Made by a program: the position numbers and the translations under genes. A stretch of DNA of 64,000 nt from Peribolospora baueri (taxonomy: Eukaryota). Below, one piece after another: positions 1-11,600 of this stretch. Numbering within the stretch: position 1 is the stretch's first letter; the number at the start of each line of letters is the position of its first letter. The stretch lies in assembly GCA_029717555.1 (NCBI GenBank), contig JAMDHS010000059.1:1-64000 (forward strand), given 5' to 3'. Under the pieces are notes generated by a model, which saw only the letters and a list, made by a program, of their open reading frames with translations, made no database searches and had not been told where the DNA came from.

Positions 1-256
1 CGTCCTGCAATCCCATTCGACGAGCAAGTCCCATAGTTGTGCTGGAAGCGTTGTTCGCTGTCCACCTGTCGTCGCTACGCCTACACTACATACATGACTT
101 GAGTACGGGCAGGTTGCGTAGTGGAGCTACGTCCTGCAATCCCATTCGACGAGCAAGTCCCATAGTTGTGCTGGAAGCGTTGTTCGCTGTCCACCTGTCG
201 TCGCTACGCCTACACTACATACATGACTTGAGTACGGGCAGGTTGCGTAGTGGAGC
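1..256. repeat. 129-bp direct tandem repeat, two identical copies (1-129, 130-256), possibly continuing left of the window
   Basis: CGTCCTGCAATCCCATTCGACG... starts at 1 and again at 130. Identity holds to 256, followed by a 1-nt deletion and a short CGTCC remnant. Confidence 0.95.
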
Positions 257-525
257 ACGTCCGCGCTACTGCAGTAGACGTTGACCCTGATACGTCGATG
301 GGTCCCCCGTTCGGTGGTTGCTCTCAGCCATTACGGCCCTGTCCTGCTTTGGGGACTGGCCGTCGCCCTCGCATTGAGACCAGCGCGGTCAAAGAAAGGA
401 TCCTCTCGCGAGAGTTGTTCCTATGCGAGTAATTGCTAGTGTTTTGCAGTACCGAGCCAACTGATCGTTCACCGGCTGACCGTCCCAAACATACCGAGCG
501 AGCGGGGGGCCTCCGTCTGGCGAAA

Positions 526-2161
526 TCACGCCGAACCCTCCAAGGCCTTCCTCACCTCTTCGGACCGCGCCTTGGACCGTCTGAGAGCCTCCCTCAACAC
601 CTGCTCATCGCTCAGGTCGCCGGCGCGGCATCGGCCCGCTTGCCAGAGGTAACTGATTCGACCTCGCTCGTCGAGCGCTACAGTGACGTGGGCGGACATG
701 AGGGAGGACTCGAAGGAGGAAGGGTCGGAAAGGAGGTGGAGGCTGGATCCGCACGATCGAACGCAGAGCGTGAGTTCATGACGAAAAGGGACCCCTGTCC
801 ATCGACGGCGAAGAAAAAAAGCAAAGCGCGGAGAAGCTCACGATTGGAAAATGCCAAAGCTGGTCGGGATCGGAGTGCACGTCAAGGGGAGAGGTGCGCT
901 CTCCGTGGTGGAGCACAACGTCCGTGCAGACTCGTCGTCGTAGCGCGCGAGCGGTAATTGTGCTACGTTGTACAAAAGGTAAGCCAGTAAGCCAGCGTGA
1001 GAAGACAGGGGGAGCGCGTTGGACCGTCTTTGGCACAGCTTTGCTCACCATTCCTCAACGCAGCGACAATAGAGGCGGCGGCGGCGTCAAAGATATTTCC
1101 GTCGTAGTTGATGCACACCACGTCCACATACAGCACCCACGCCGACTTGTGCGGCTCGATGCACAGCGCAGACGGTGGGAGAATGTTTGAGCTAGAGAAA
1201 CGTGTGAAAGGTGGATAGTGGTGGAAGCGCGTGAGAGGATTGTGAAATGGCCACTCTTGAAGAGCCAGCATGGGCGACTTACGATGTCAGGAAGGCGTTC
1301 AACCGGTCCGTCAGTACCTGCGCTTCGTCCGGGGGAGGGCCGGGCTTGAACTTGGAGGAACAGATGGGCGAGAGCTCAATGCCGGGCACTTGACGGAGAA
1401 GCGAATCAGCGGAACAAAAGTCGGATGGACAGCGTTAGCTTTCCCGCTTACACATTCTCGCCAAGGCTCACCCTTTGGCCGTCCAAACCCTCCCGCCCCC
1501 CGCCTTGGGGCGTCGTAGCGTCGCGCCGCGCACACTCACCGACCCAACCCTCGTTCGGTGCGGCCAAGTCCGGCACGGCCGTCTCCGCCTTGATTCCGCA
1601 CACCACCGTCGTCTCTCCTAGTCTCACCAGCGCCGAGCCGAGAGCTGTGGATATAGAGCCTGCTCGCCCACCAGGGAAAGAGCGAGGATGAAGAAAGGAA
1701 GACGCACGCGGCAACGTCAGGAGCATCCCGATGCGAGGCCGCGCAGATGACAGTTGAGGAACAAGAAAAAGAGCGAGCAAAGTCGACAGGCTCACCGACG
1801 TTCACCCCCACGGAGCGGAACTGGTCAAACCCTCTCCCGTCGTCGCGGATACCTTCAGAGACAAAACGCTCGAGGTAGGCTTGTGGATGCAAGCGTTTGA
1901 AGGTTTCCGCTTCGAGCTGGTTGTGGGAGCGTCGGCGTGGCGTATGTGTCAAGAAGGAGAAATGAATGAGTAGGCGGAAGGAAGAAGGAGAGAAAAGATA
2001 TTGCGGTTAGCCTAGCCGACTGTTAGGAGGTGAAACGAAGGAGGGAAGCACGACAGAAACCTCACCTCGTAGCTCAACTTCGAAGCCGAAGGTGCGGGTA
2101 CGTATGACGACGACGCACCGGCTGCCGCTCCTGCCACTGCTGGAGAATCTGTCGACGACAT
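526..2161 (-). CDS. RRP43: Exosome complex RNase PH-like subunit Rrp43 (multi-exon)
   Basis: Spliced segments [83 protein letters not shown] and ...[11 protein letters not shown] (TGA 526-528). ATG at 2161. Confidence 0.85.
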
Positions 2162-2530
2162 TTGCTATCTATCCCTTCCTCGTTTCCTGCTTTGCGACAG
2201 GATCGTGTTCGTGTCCGGTATCGTCTCACCCAGCCTGATCATGGACTTCTTCGATCATCCACCTTCGTCGCCGCAGTATTTTTGTTGCGCTCACCTGAGC
2301 GCTGACCTGGATAGCAGGTTTAGGAAACTCCACTGTCCACCTGGACTGGCCTGATCCTCTTGTCTCGCGCTTTTCAGGTTGCCATCCCTGCCTGTACTCT
2401 CGGAACGTTTGAACCAGCGTGTAACCATGAACTGCCCAAATCGAGATCCATCCTCGAGCCCTGAACCTAAGGTATGTACATCATAGCCGATACACAAGCA
2501 GGTACGGGGAGATACGATCGACGATGGCCC

Positions 2531-4733
2531 TTAAGACGAGAAAAGCCTCTTCTCATAGCTCTGAAGACCGTGCACGCCGCCCTCGAGCTGAGCGCTAGCA
2601 GTCCTGAGCTCGAACCTGACGGATCCCTCGTCCACGGCGCGACGGAGTTCGCTGAGGCTGCGCACGCCCATATCTTGGAGCGAGTGCTGCATGCCTGTGT
2701 AGAGGTATGGAAGGAACTTGAGCACGCTGCCCTTGTCCTGCACCGCTCCGCTCACACCCTGTGCCACCTTGACCGCGTCCGACTCGGAGAAGTAGCGCTG
2801 CGTCGCCGCGTTCTCCCTCGTTGAGTTGCTGGAAGAGGAAGAGGCCACGGCGTCAATCTTGGTCCGTGCAGCGGACGAAGCGGCGATGGCCTTGGCGCCG
2901 TTGGACTCCGTGGCGGGGTTGGCGGGCGACGCAGTCCCGGAAGAGACGCGCTTGCCCTCCATGGCGGCGATGCTGCCCATGCCGCGGTACACCTTGACGC
3001 GCTGTCCATCTCGGTAGAAGTACTCGCCGGGCGATTCGGTGGTGCCGGCAAGGAGGCTGCCCATCATGACTGCCGACGCACCCAGCGCCATAGCCTTGGC
3101 AATGTGTCCAATGTTGCTAATGCCACCGTCAGCGATAACAGGCACGCCGAACTTGGACGCGAATTGCGCAACCGCATACACGGCCGTACCCTGAGGGCGA
3201 CCGACGGCCTGATAGAGCGACAGGTAGTACGAGATCGGATCAAAATTAATTCGTTGCGACAAGGGAATAGAGGCTGAAACGGGCAGAGATGAATCGCTCA
3301 CCATGACCTCCTGGGTGATGCAGATACTGCCGCTGCCCATGCCGACTTTGAGAGCGTCTGCGCCAGCGGCAATGAGCTGAGCTGCCTGCTCGCGGGTGAC
3401 GACATTGCCGGCGATGACCTCGAGGTGCGGGTGCGTCTCCTTGATCCACTTGATCATGTCGATCTGGAAGGTCGAGTTACCCTGGCTACTGTCGACTACA
3501 ACGACGTCCAAGCCAGCCTCGACGAGCAGAGCAAGCCTCTCGCGGTCGGCGGGACGGGTTCCGATGGCCGCGCCGCAATAAAGCTGCTTGCTGTCCGGCT
3601 TCTTGCTCGCCAGAGGGTAGTTTTGGTTCTTGAGCAGGTCGGAACGAGCGAGGAGCGAGGTAAGACGACCGTTCTTGTCCACGATCGGCAGCTTGCCCTT
3701 CTTGCTGTCGCGCAAGATGTTGTTGGCCTCAGTGAGGGAAATGCCCTCCTCAGCCACGACGAGATCGGTGGTCATGACCTCGGAAAGCAGCGCAGAAGGG
3801 TCCCGGAACTGGACGTCGCGGGCGGTAACAATTCCGAGGAGCTTGCCGTTCAGCGCCCCGGTATCTGGAGTTGAGGTGAAAGAGCAATGCTTTGTCAGAT
3901 CACTGCCCGACGTTTCACATATAAGCTCCAAGACTACAATGTCGAGCTCAGTGGACATAGGTTATCCTTTATCCTCACAGAGCCAAAGGCCCATAAGAAG
4001 AACGAAGGTTACAGCAGTGAAAGATTTTCATCCCAGCGACACGAGAAGGAGAAGTGGAGCGTCGGTTCAGCCGCAGACACTCACCGGTGATCGGGACACC
4101 ACCGAAACCAAGCCTTTGCTTGACTTCGAGGACGTCGCCCACACAGTTATCGGGACCGAGGACGAAGGGTTCGGTGATGAAGCCGTTCTCGTACTTCTTC
4201 ACTTTGCGCACCATTGCAGCTTGCTCCGCGGCGGACATGTTGTGGTGGATGATTCCGAGGCCTCCGAGAAGCTGATAGACGCCAAATGAAATTGCGATGC
4301 GAGGGAGAATGCGGCAAAAGCACGAAACAGTGAGCGTTCGAACAGCCAATGGGAGCGCGGGCGCAACAAGTGAAACGCGTCCATATTTTTAGTACCATTC
4401 CAACGTTCTCTCTCAAACAAAGATTGATGTAGCACTCACGCCGACGCTGATGGCCATGTCCGTTTCGGTCACGGTGTCCATGGGGGAGCTCAGGAAGGGC
4501 GTCTTGAGGACGACTTTCTTAGTGACCCTGGTCTCGAGCTCGACGTCGCTGGCCTGAAAGTCGATGTGACCAGGGAGGACGAGGAAGTCATTGTAGGTGA
4601 GACCACCATGGAGCTTGGAGTCCACGAGGGTCTTGATATCGAGACCATCTGCGGTGGGGTACGACTTGAGGTGCTCGATCGCCGCCGAAGGGGGCAAGAA
4701 GGTTTGGGTGGAAGGACCGTCGGTGGACGGCAT
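2531..4733 (-). CDS. IMD1: Inosine-5'-monophosphate dehydrogenase (multi-exon)
   Basis: [24 protein letters not shown] pair, catalytic [24 protein letters not shown]...VAQGVSG, C-terminal [14 protein letters not shown]. Confidence 0.97.
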
Positions 4734-5089
4734 GGTGGCGGTAGACTAGAAGTGGAAGGTGAAGAGAGCAATGAGGCAGAGACTGAGAGGAACTAGTGAT
4801 ACAATGAGAGGCGAGTGCGAGGAAAGGGTAGAGAGACCAACGACGATGCGAAGGGGGTGGAAATCCACCAAGAAAGGGGAGAAAAAAGCGACCTCGTCTG
4901 AGCCGTTAAAAAAGAGGGCGTGGTGGAGGGGCAAACGACTGCGGCGCGGATGTAGGCGGACATTCAAGGGCCTCGGCCGGCCCGAGACTCAGATCCAAGG
5001 GAACCCGCGCATACATCCGACCGCTTGGTGAACGGACGTCAAGTCGATGGACGGACGAGACGGCTTTGCCAACGCCGCCGCTCTTTTTC

Positions 5090-5818
5090 ATGCCCGGGGA
5101 AGAGATAAGGACGGGGCCCGCTTCGTTCGACGCGACCTCCCGCAGACCGCCAGACGGGAGTTTTTTGACCCGAAGCGACGGTGAAGCGAACGTCGCCTCT
5201 TCCGTAGCCCGCCTCAGCAATGGCGAGGGCGCGTCAGGCAGCTCGTTCAATGCGCAAGGCGAGCACTCGTTCCTCGCCTTGCGCACATGCGGGCCGGCCT
5301 TCTGGGAGGCCAGGCGTCGCGAATGGCTCCGTACCTGTTCATCTCCATCCGCAGAAACGATGACGGTAGATGTGCGACCCCCGTCGGATCGTTTCGCCGC
5401 CTCGGTCGCACGTTTGAGCCACCTGCTCGCTCCAGAAGGCGCAGAGACAAGGGAAGACGTGTGGATAGAGGGAGGCCTGGAGAGCATCAAAAAGACTTTG
5501 GACAAGGGCAAAAAGCTGTCCGGGAGGTTACCTTTGTCCTTGCTGGTGAGCGCCAGCATTTGTCCACGGTTCTCAAATACTCTCGCTTTGGCGAAGTCTG
5601 ACTCTCGCCCTTCCACTTCACCGCGCACGGCATAGGTCAAAATTCTCAAGGCCTCGTGGCATCAAGACGGCAGTTGGCCGCTTGACGCTGTTCCTCCAGC
5701 TAGTCGGGCGGCAGCCGCGGGGACGACCGAGGCCGAGATCAAGTTCGATCCTGAGCCGGAGTGGATTGCCGCTATGTACGAGCGTCGGGCAAAGGAGCGC
5801 GAAGCTGAGAGTAAATGA
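5090..5818 (+). CDS. Gag1-like clamp (DUF4050) domain protein, 2 exons (intron ~5546-5635)
   Basis: WEARRREWL followed by spliced RLPLSLL|VKILKASWHQDGSWP, which matches the fungal DUF4050 pattern as I recall it. TGA 5816-5818. Confidence 0.7.
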
Positions 5819-5982
5819 CGTTTGCAGGACATGGTCCCGGGTCCCGCACAACCCGCTCGATTTCCATCTCAAATCTTCTGAGAACCGAGCCTCTGCGCGC
5901 ACGAGTCATCGTGTTTGTGTGTGCACATACATTATCCCTTAATTGCAAGACTATTGTAAATGCGCTATAGATGCTGGGCGAC

Positions 5983-6749
5983 TCATGCTCGTGACGGCGG
6001 AGACACCTGATTCAAGGAAAATCGGGGGAAATGATATCAGAACTGAATCCTAGCCTGGGTCGCAGGTTGTGACGGCGGGAATGGAAAGTCTGCTTACAAG
6101 GATGACAGAGTCTCCTCGTACGAACAGCATTTCGCTGTTCCGCTTGACAGTCTGAAGAGGGAAGGAGCAACGAAGGGGCCGGAAGAGGATACTCAGCTCC
6201 CGTTCCGACCTCAACAAGCCACTTTAGAAGAAGGAAACAGGAAAAGGGAAGAAAGACTCACTCGCACAGTGGTCTCGTTGGTGTCCTCAACGACGTCCAC
6301 AACGTAGATCGTCTCCTCCACGTCGCTCATGATCAAGTTCATGTGTCCATCGTATGCCTATTAGCAAACAGAGAATCAAGAGGATGAGACAAACACGGTC
6401 AGCTCGCGAAGGGCATGCGGACCACCATAGTCCTTCGAGCAAACGAACCGGGAAAGATAAGGACCACAAGTTGCTTACATGCAAAGTGCCCTTGAGTTCC
6501 CTGTCACCTCTCAACTTGACAAAGACACGCTCGCTCAGCGAGAGTCGGATGCTGTGAAGATCGGCGATCCACAGTCACGGTGAGCAACCACCATAAAAAG
6601 GCTCGAAGGGTCTTCCGGTACCACGCCCCCGCAAACAGGCAAATCCAACCAACCCACGAGCAGAACACCATCCAACTCGAAATCGCGTGGCGTACTCACA
6701 GATCGAAAGGCTCCTGTACGCCTGAAGAGGTGCCGTCGACGTCGGCCAT
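5983..6749 (-). CDS. LSM3: U6 snRNA-associated Sm-like protein Lsm3 (5 exons)
   Basis: MADVDGTSSGVQEPFDL|IRLSLSERVFVKLRGDRELKGTLH|AYDGHMNLIMSDVEETI...|VKRNSEMLFVRGDSVIL|VSPPSRA*. Confidence 0.93.
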
Positions 6750-7047
6750 CCTTGCCTCGTTCGTGCGCAGGCTGCCTCAGTGGTGAACTGAAAGCGTAGT
6801 CGCCTGAGCGTGGTGATCGAAAGACATGCCTCGTTCGTCGCCGCAGTCGGACCGCGTTGAAATAACATTACGGAATATCTTCTTCTGTTATTGAAACCTC
6901 TAAACCGATTTCTAAATGACCGTGGTGAAGCGTCGCACCACTTTTCTTCTTTAACAGCCACCATCACCGCCATCCGCCCCGTCTTGGCGCCGACATCGCA
7001 AATTTGGATCAGGACAAGGGAGATACAGGAGGGAAATCAGTGAAGGC

Positions 7048-8109
7048 ATGGGGAAGCACTACTGTGGTGCGTGTTATTTTGACTCTGCTAGGTCATTGTC
7101 ACCTGTTTTGAAGTCTCGCTTACCACGGCCTCCTCGATGGTCCATTTGGCGGTGGCGTTGGGACGCACCTGATGGATGGACAGACTATTGCGACGTCTTC
7201 TTGACGCACGATTCGGCGTCCGGTAAGTTCACTCAGTAGATCTTTGATAGTCTTTGAACGTTTCGACGCTTATACACATCCTCGCTCTATATCTTCCATC
7301 GGTGTACTCCCTCCGTCCTCGTTCTTCCAGTCCGAAAAGCCCACAACAGCGGACGAAACCACCTAGCAAACGTGCGGGACTACTATGCCTGTAAGTGGTG
7401 CGACTTCCCTCATTCGGCCGTCTCTGGCGTACGCGCATGCATCTGCTCTTCCTCCTGCACGAAAAGGCGCGCTGAACTTGCTTGTCCCATCGTCCGATTT
7501 CATGGACATTTCCAGCCCTCGGCCATGACAAGGCGCAGAACATCATTGACGAAATTACGCGGATGCATGAGACCGGTGGCACTGGTAGAATGAGGTATGG
7601 TGTTTTCAACACAGGTGGGCCGTTGGCCCCCGGTGCAGGTGAGAAGCAATGCGATTCCGGCCGCGCTCCAGGTTCTACGGGAGTCTATGCAACTGGGTTG
7701 CGACCACTGAGCGCTCTGCGTTTCCCGTTTTCCTTGTCCCACACCCGCTCGGCTTTGTGCAGGTTTCAGCGGCCCGATAACATCCTCCCCGTTTGGCGGT
7801 CCACCAGGCGGCGGACCAGGCATGTACAACCGCGGGCCCCCGCCGCCAAACCCCAACTTCTTCCCTAATCGTCCTCCTCCACACTTCCAAGGTCCTCCGC
7901 CTGGGTACGGAGGTCCCGGAGGGCCTCCTCGTGGCCTTCCTCCTCCTATGGGAGGATACAACCGGCCGCCACCCGGTCCTCCGGGAGGCGGGTACGGTGG
8001 CCCCCCGCCGCCGCCGCCACCGGTGATGGGACAGCAGGGACCAGGAGGATACCCAAGAGAGCCGCCGCCGGGCGTGGGTGCGGATGGCCCCCCACCGCGG
8101 ATGCAGTGA
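7048..8109 (+). CDS. YHC1: U1 snRNP protein C (matrin-type zinc finger plus Pro/Gly-rich tail)
   Basis: Spliced MGKHYC|DYCDVFLTHDSAS|VRKAHNSGRNHLANVRDYYA, then a P/G-rich C-terminus ending in TGA 8107-8109. Confidence 0.95.
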
Positions 8110-8610
8110 TGAGGCCAGGAACGTGTCTCTCGTTGTGTTCTCCCTGTACGCTAAGCACCTCGATCCCGCAATACTTTTTTATGATTGTGGGAGCCCTAGT
8201 CCTTGGGGGCCTGGTTGACGCGTCGCCGAACGGTACGTCGTACCATCGTTTTCGGCGCCATAGGAGGCCCTTGCTAGTAGAGACCCGAAAAGAAATGGAG
8301 GGGTAAAGAACTTGAAGATAGGGAAGATTGGAGAAGCCGGTAATCGCGGCGATCGCGACGACGAAGAGAAGCGTGAGTGAGGCGCACGTGGTGAGGCCAA
8401 TTTACGCGCGCATCGCGACGTTCCGTCCTAGGGTCCTGTCCCGAAACGTCCGTCCATCTTCTCTAGACATCACGTCGTCCGTCGTAGACGGTCACACCCA
8501 CAAACGTGTACACATACGCTTCTCCTCCACTCATGCGCTCGCGCCGTCTCACTCATTCCTAGGTCACCAGCAAATCGCTCTGTTTTCGACCACACGACGG
8601 CGTTGCCGAC

Positions 8611-11600
8611 ATGCCCACCAACGCTCGCATCAACTCCGAGCTGGGCGACGAGTCCACTCTTTCGCCTTCCCCCATACCGTCTCGCCTTTCCCGTGTTGCA
8701 GCAGGAAGACATGATCATCGTTCTCGGAGAGTCATCCACGACGAGGAGGACGAAGAGGGCGAAAGCGTCCCCCCGTCTCGCGAAGCAGTCAGTCAGCTCG
8801 CCGACGGGGTTAGTGATGTCGGACAAGAGCTTTCCCAGCATGTAACTGCCGACAGAGGAGGAGAAGGAGGCGAACGACAAGAGAATGAGGAGGGAGAGGG
8901 AGAGGAAGAGACACCCCGCAAGAAGCAGCGGTTGGACGGGGACGGTAGCGCAGGGCCGTCTCTCGTGAAGATGGATGAGAAAACCGAGGGAAAGAGAAAG
9001 GGAAAGGGCAGGGAAGATTTGACACGTCATGAGGACGGGTGAGTGTCATTTTTCCCGCCTTTTCTTTCCTTCTCTGCTCATGCTGGTCCTAGACTCACAT
9101 CCGTAATGTCTCCATCTGCTCTTGTTTGTGATGCGCTCTGCCGCCAGCTTTCTCCCAGGCTCCATTGTACGAGTGGCCCTGGAGAACTTTGTTACTTACG
9201 ACCACGTCGAGTTCCACCCTGGTCCTCACCTGAACATGATCATCGGCCCAAACGGAACAGGCAAGAGCACGGTCGTATGCGCCATCGCTCTCGGGCTTGG
9301 CTGGTCTCCCAAGGTTCGCGGATTCGCCAAACGGCACGGAAGACAGGCTCGTCGCTGATCTTTCCTTTCTCGGTAATTCCATTCCCCCATCATTAAAGGT
9401 CCTCGGTCGAGCGAAGGATATATCCTCGTTTGTGAAGCACGGCTACCAGGAAGGTTGGATCGAGATCGAGCTCAAATGCTTCGAGGGGCAGTCCAACCTC
9501 ACCGTCCGCCGCCTGATCAATAAGGATCGCAACACCTCTGGTTGGCTGATCAACGGTGAACTTCCTTCCCACTCTTTTAACCATGTCTAGGCATGTCTGC
9601 CGAACGAGCTCGGTCTCACCTGGCTTTTCTTGTGGCTTCACAGGCCATCCGAGTTCGAAGAAGGACGTCGACGAGCACATCAGAGAGCTCAACATCCAAG
9701 TCGGCAACCTATGGTGAGTAGGGCGGTCGAGACAGAATAAGAGCGTGTCATGCAGGCGTGAGCTCATAAGAGTCTTTCTAACCGTCACATATAGTTCGTT
9801 CCTGCCTCAAGACAAAGTCGCCGAGTTCGCTAGGGTGAGCTTAAAACGGTGGTTAACTTTGCCGAGTGTCGCTCATGCCGACGCCGCTTTCCCATTTGGA
9901 GCTCAGATGGAACCGCCAGAGCTTTTGAAGGAGACGCAGAAAGCGGCAGGCGACGAAGGACTGGAGACGTGGCATAAGGCGCTGATAGAGCTGGGCAACG
10001 AGCAGCGTGACCTGGTCGGTGCACTCGCTGAAGACGAAAGAGAGGTGGCCAACTTGCAGGAGAGAAACAGCGTGCTGGAGAGAGACGTCCGACGCTTTGA
10101 GGAGAGGCAGAGAATCGAGAACGAGGTGAGAGGGCGGTCAAGAGTGAACCTCGGAATCCTCCGGTCGAGATACTGACTTCCAGCACGTTGGATCGCATTC
10201 AGATCAACCTCTTTAAACTCATGATCCCTTTCGCAAAGTACGGCGCGGCGCGGCGCCGATATGATTCGCTCAAACAGGAAGTGAAAAAGCTTCAGCAGCA
10301 GCTCCTCAACGCAACGAAAAAGGAACAGCCGCTGGCGAGCAAGCTTAGGTGAGCTGTTTCGTTTCCGTCCGGCCAGGCATCTATGTCGAGGCAAGAGTGA
10401 TTCAGTGGGTCGGGTCTTGTTGCAGCGAATTGCAAGGCGAATCGCAAGACCTCGCCGACAGGACGAAGAAGGTCAGAGAGGAGATAGACAGCGTGTTGAA
10501 GGAAATGAGCAGGCTTTCCAAGAACATTGAGAGCTCGGTAAGTCCCCGTCGTTATTCCTTTCAGCGCGCCTACCGGATATGTTAGTAAGCCTGCTAATCT
10601 TTACTGCCTCAACGGCATATACAGGAGAAACACACAAACGACCTACACCGCGATCTCCAGGGTATCAAACAGCGCGAATCGGAGCGTCGCAAGCGCATCG
10701 ACTCGCTCCGTCGGGACATCCAGTTGCTCAAGAGCGAGGTGGAGAACGAACCCGATCTGCAGGATACTTCTGAGTTCGACCGGTCGATACGCGCAGTCAA
10801 CGAAAAACTCCGACGGGTGGCAGACGATAGGGAGGATGTGGAACGCGAGAGAGAAGAAATTACGGCTACGGGAAGGGGGCACCGTCGGCAGAAAGATAGG
10901 GCTTTGACACGGTGAGTTTGGAATCGCACCAACATGACGATGCTTCTTGGGTTCAGTTTGTGTTTTGAATCAGTCTCACTGGATTTCTCGCTTTACCGAT
11001 TCCGCCCTTCAGTCTCAAGGAGCTGGACAACGTGAAGAATCAACGCTTGCAGGCTCTCCAGAAGGTAGATGAGGTTGCTTTTCGCGCCGTGCAGTGGATA
11101 AGAGAGAACCGTGGGCTGTTTGAGGGCAAGATTTTTGAGCCGGCCTTCATCGAGTGTAGCGTCAAGGAACAGATGATGGCGGGTGCTGTCGAGAGCTGCA
11201 TCAGTCTGGCCTACCAGAAGGTGGGTGGCCTTTCATGTTCTTTTGGTAATGGTGGTGTCGCTTAAGAGCTCTTCGCTGACGGCTGGTGAGCACTCTGGCA
11301 GACCTTCGTTTGCGAAAAGAGAAAGGACTACGACCTTCTCACTCGCGAGTTGATAGACAAGAAAAAGTATAGGATCAACGTAGCCGAGCTTGAGAGTTCC
11401 GCTCAACTAGATGACCAGCTGCAGGCAATGAATCGGGAACAAATCCAGAGCTTCGGCTTTGACGGCTACGTCATCGACCTCATCGACGGCCCTGAACAAG
11501 TCCTGAACTTCCTCTGCACCACCACCAAGCTGCATCTGATTGTGAGTCGGACAATGCTGATGCTACCATGTCGGGATCAAGGAAAGGACGCTCCTGACCT

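Noticed and set aside
1..256. CRISPR-like array
   Set aside because: The context is eukaryotic, and the units are contiguous and identical with no spacers.
2975..3000. IMPDH as a mycophenolate self-resistance gene in a secondary-metabolite cluster
   Set aside because: It keeps the ordinary Tyr in YRGMGS, and no PKS, NRPS or tailoring genes are in the window.
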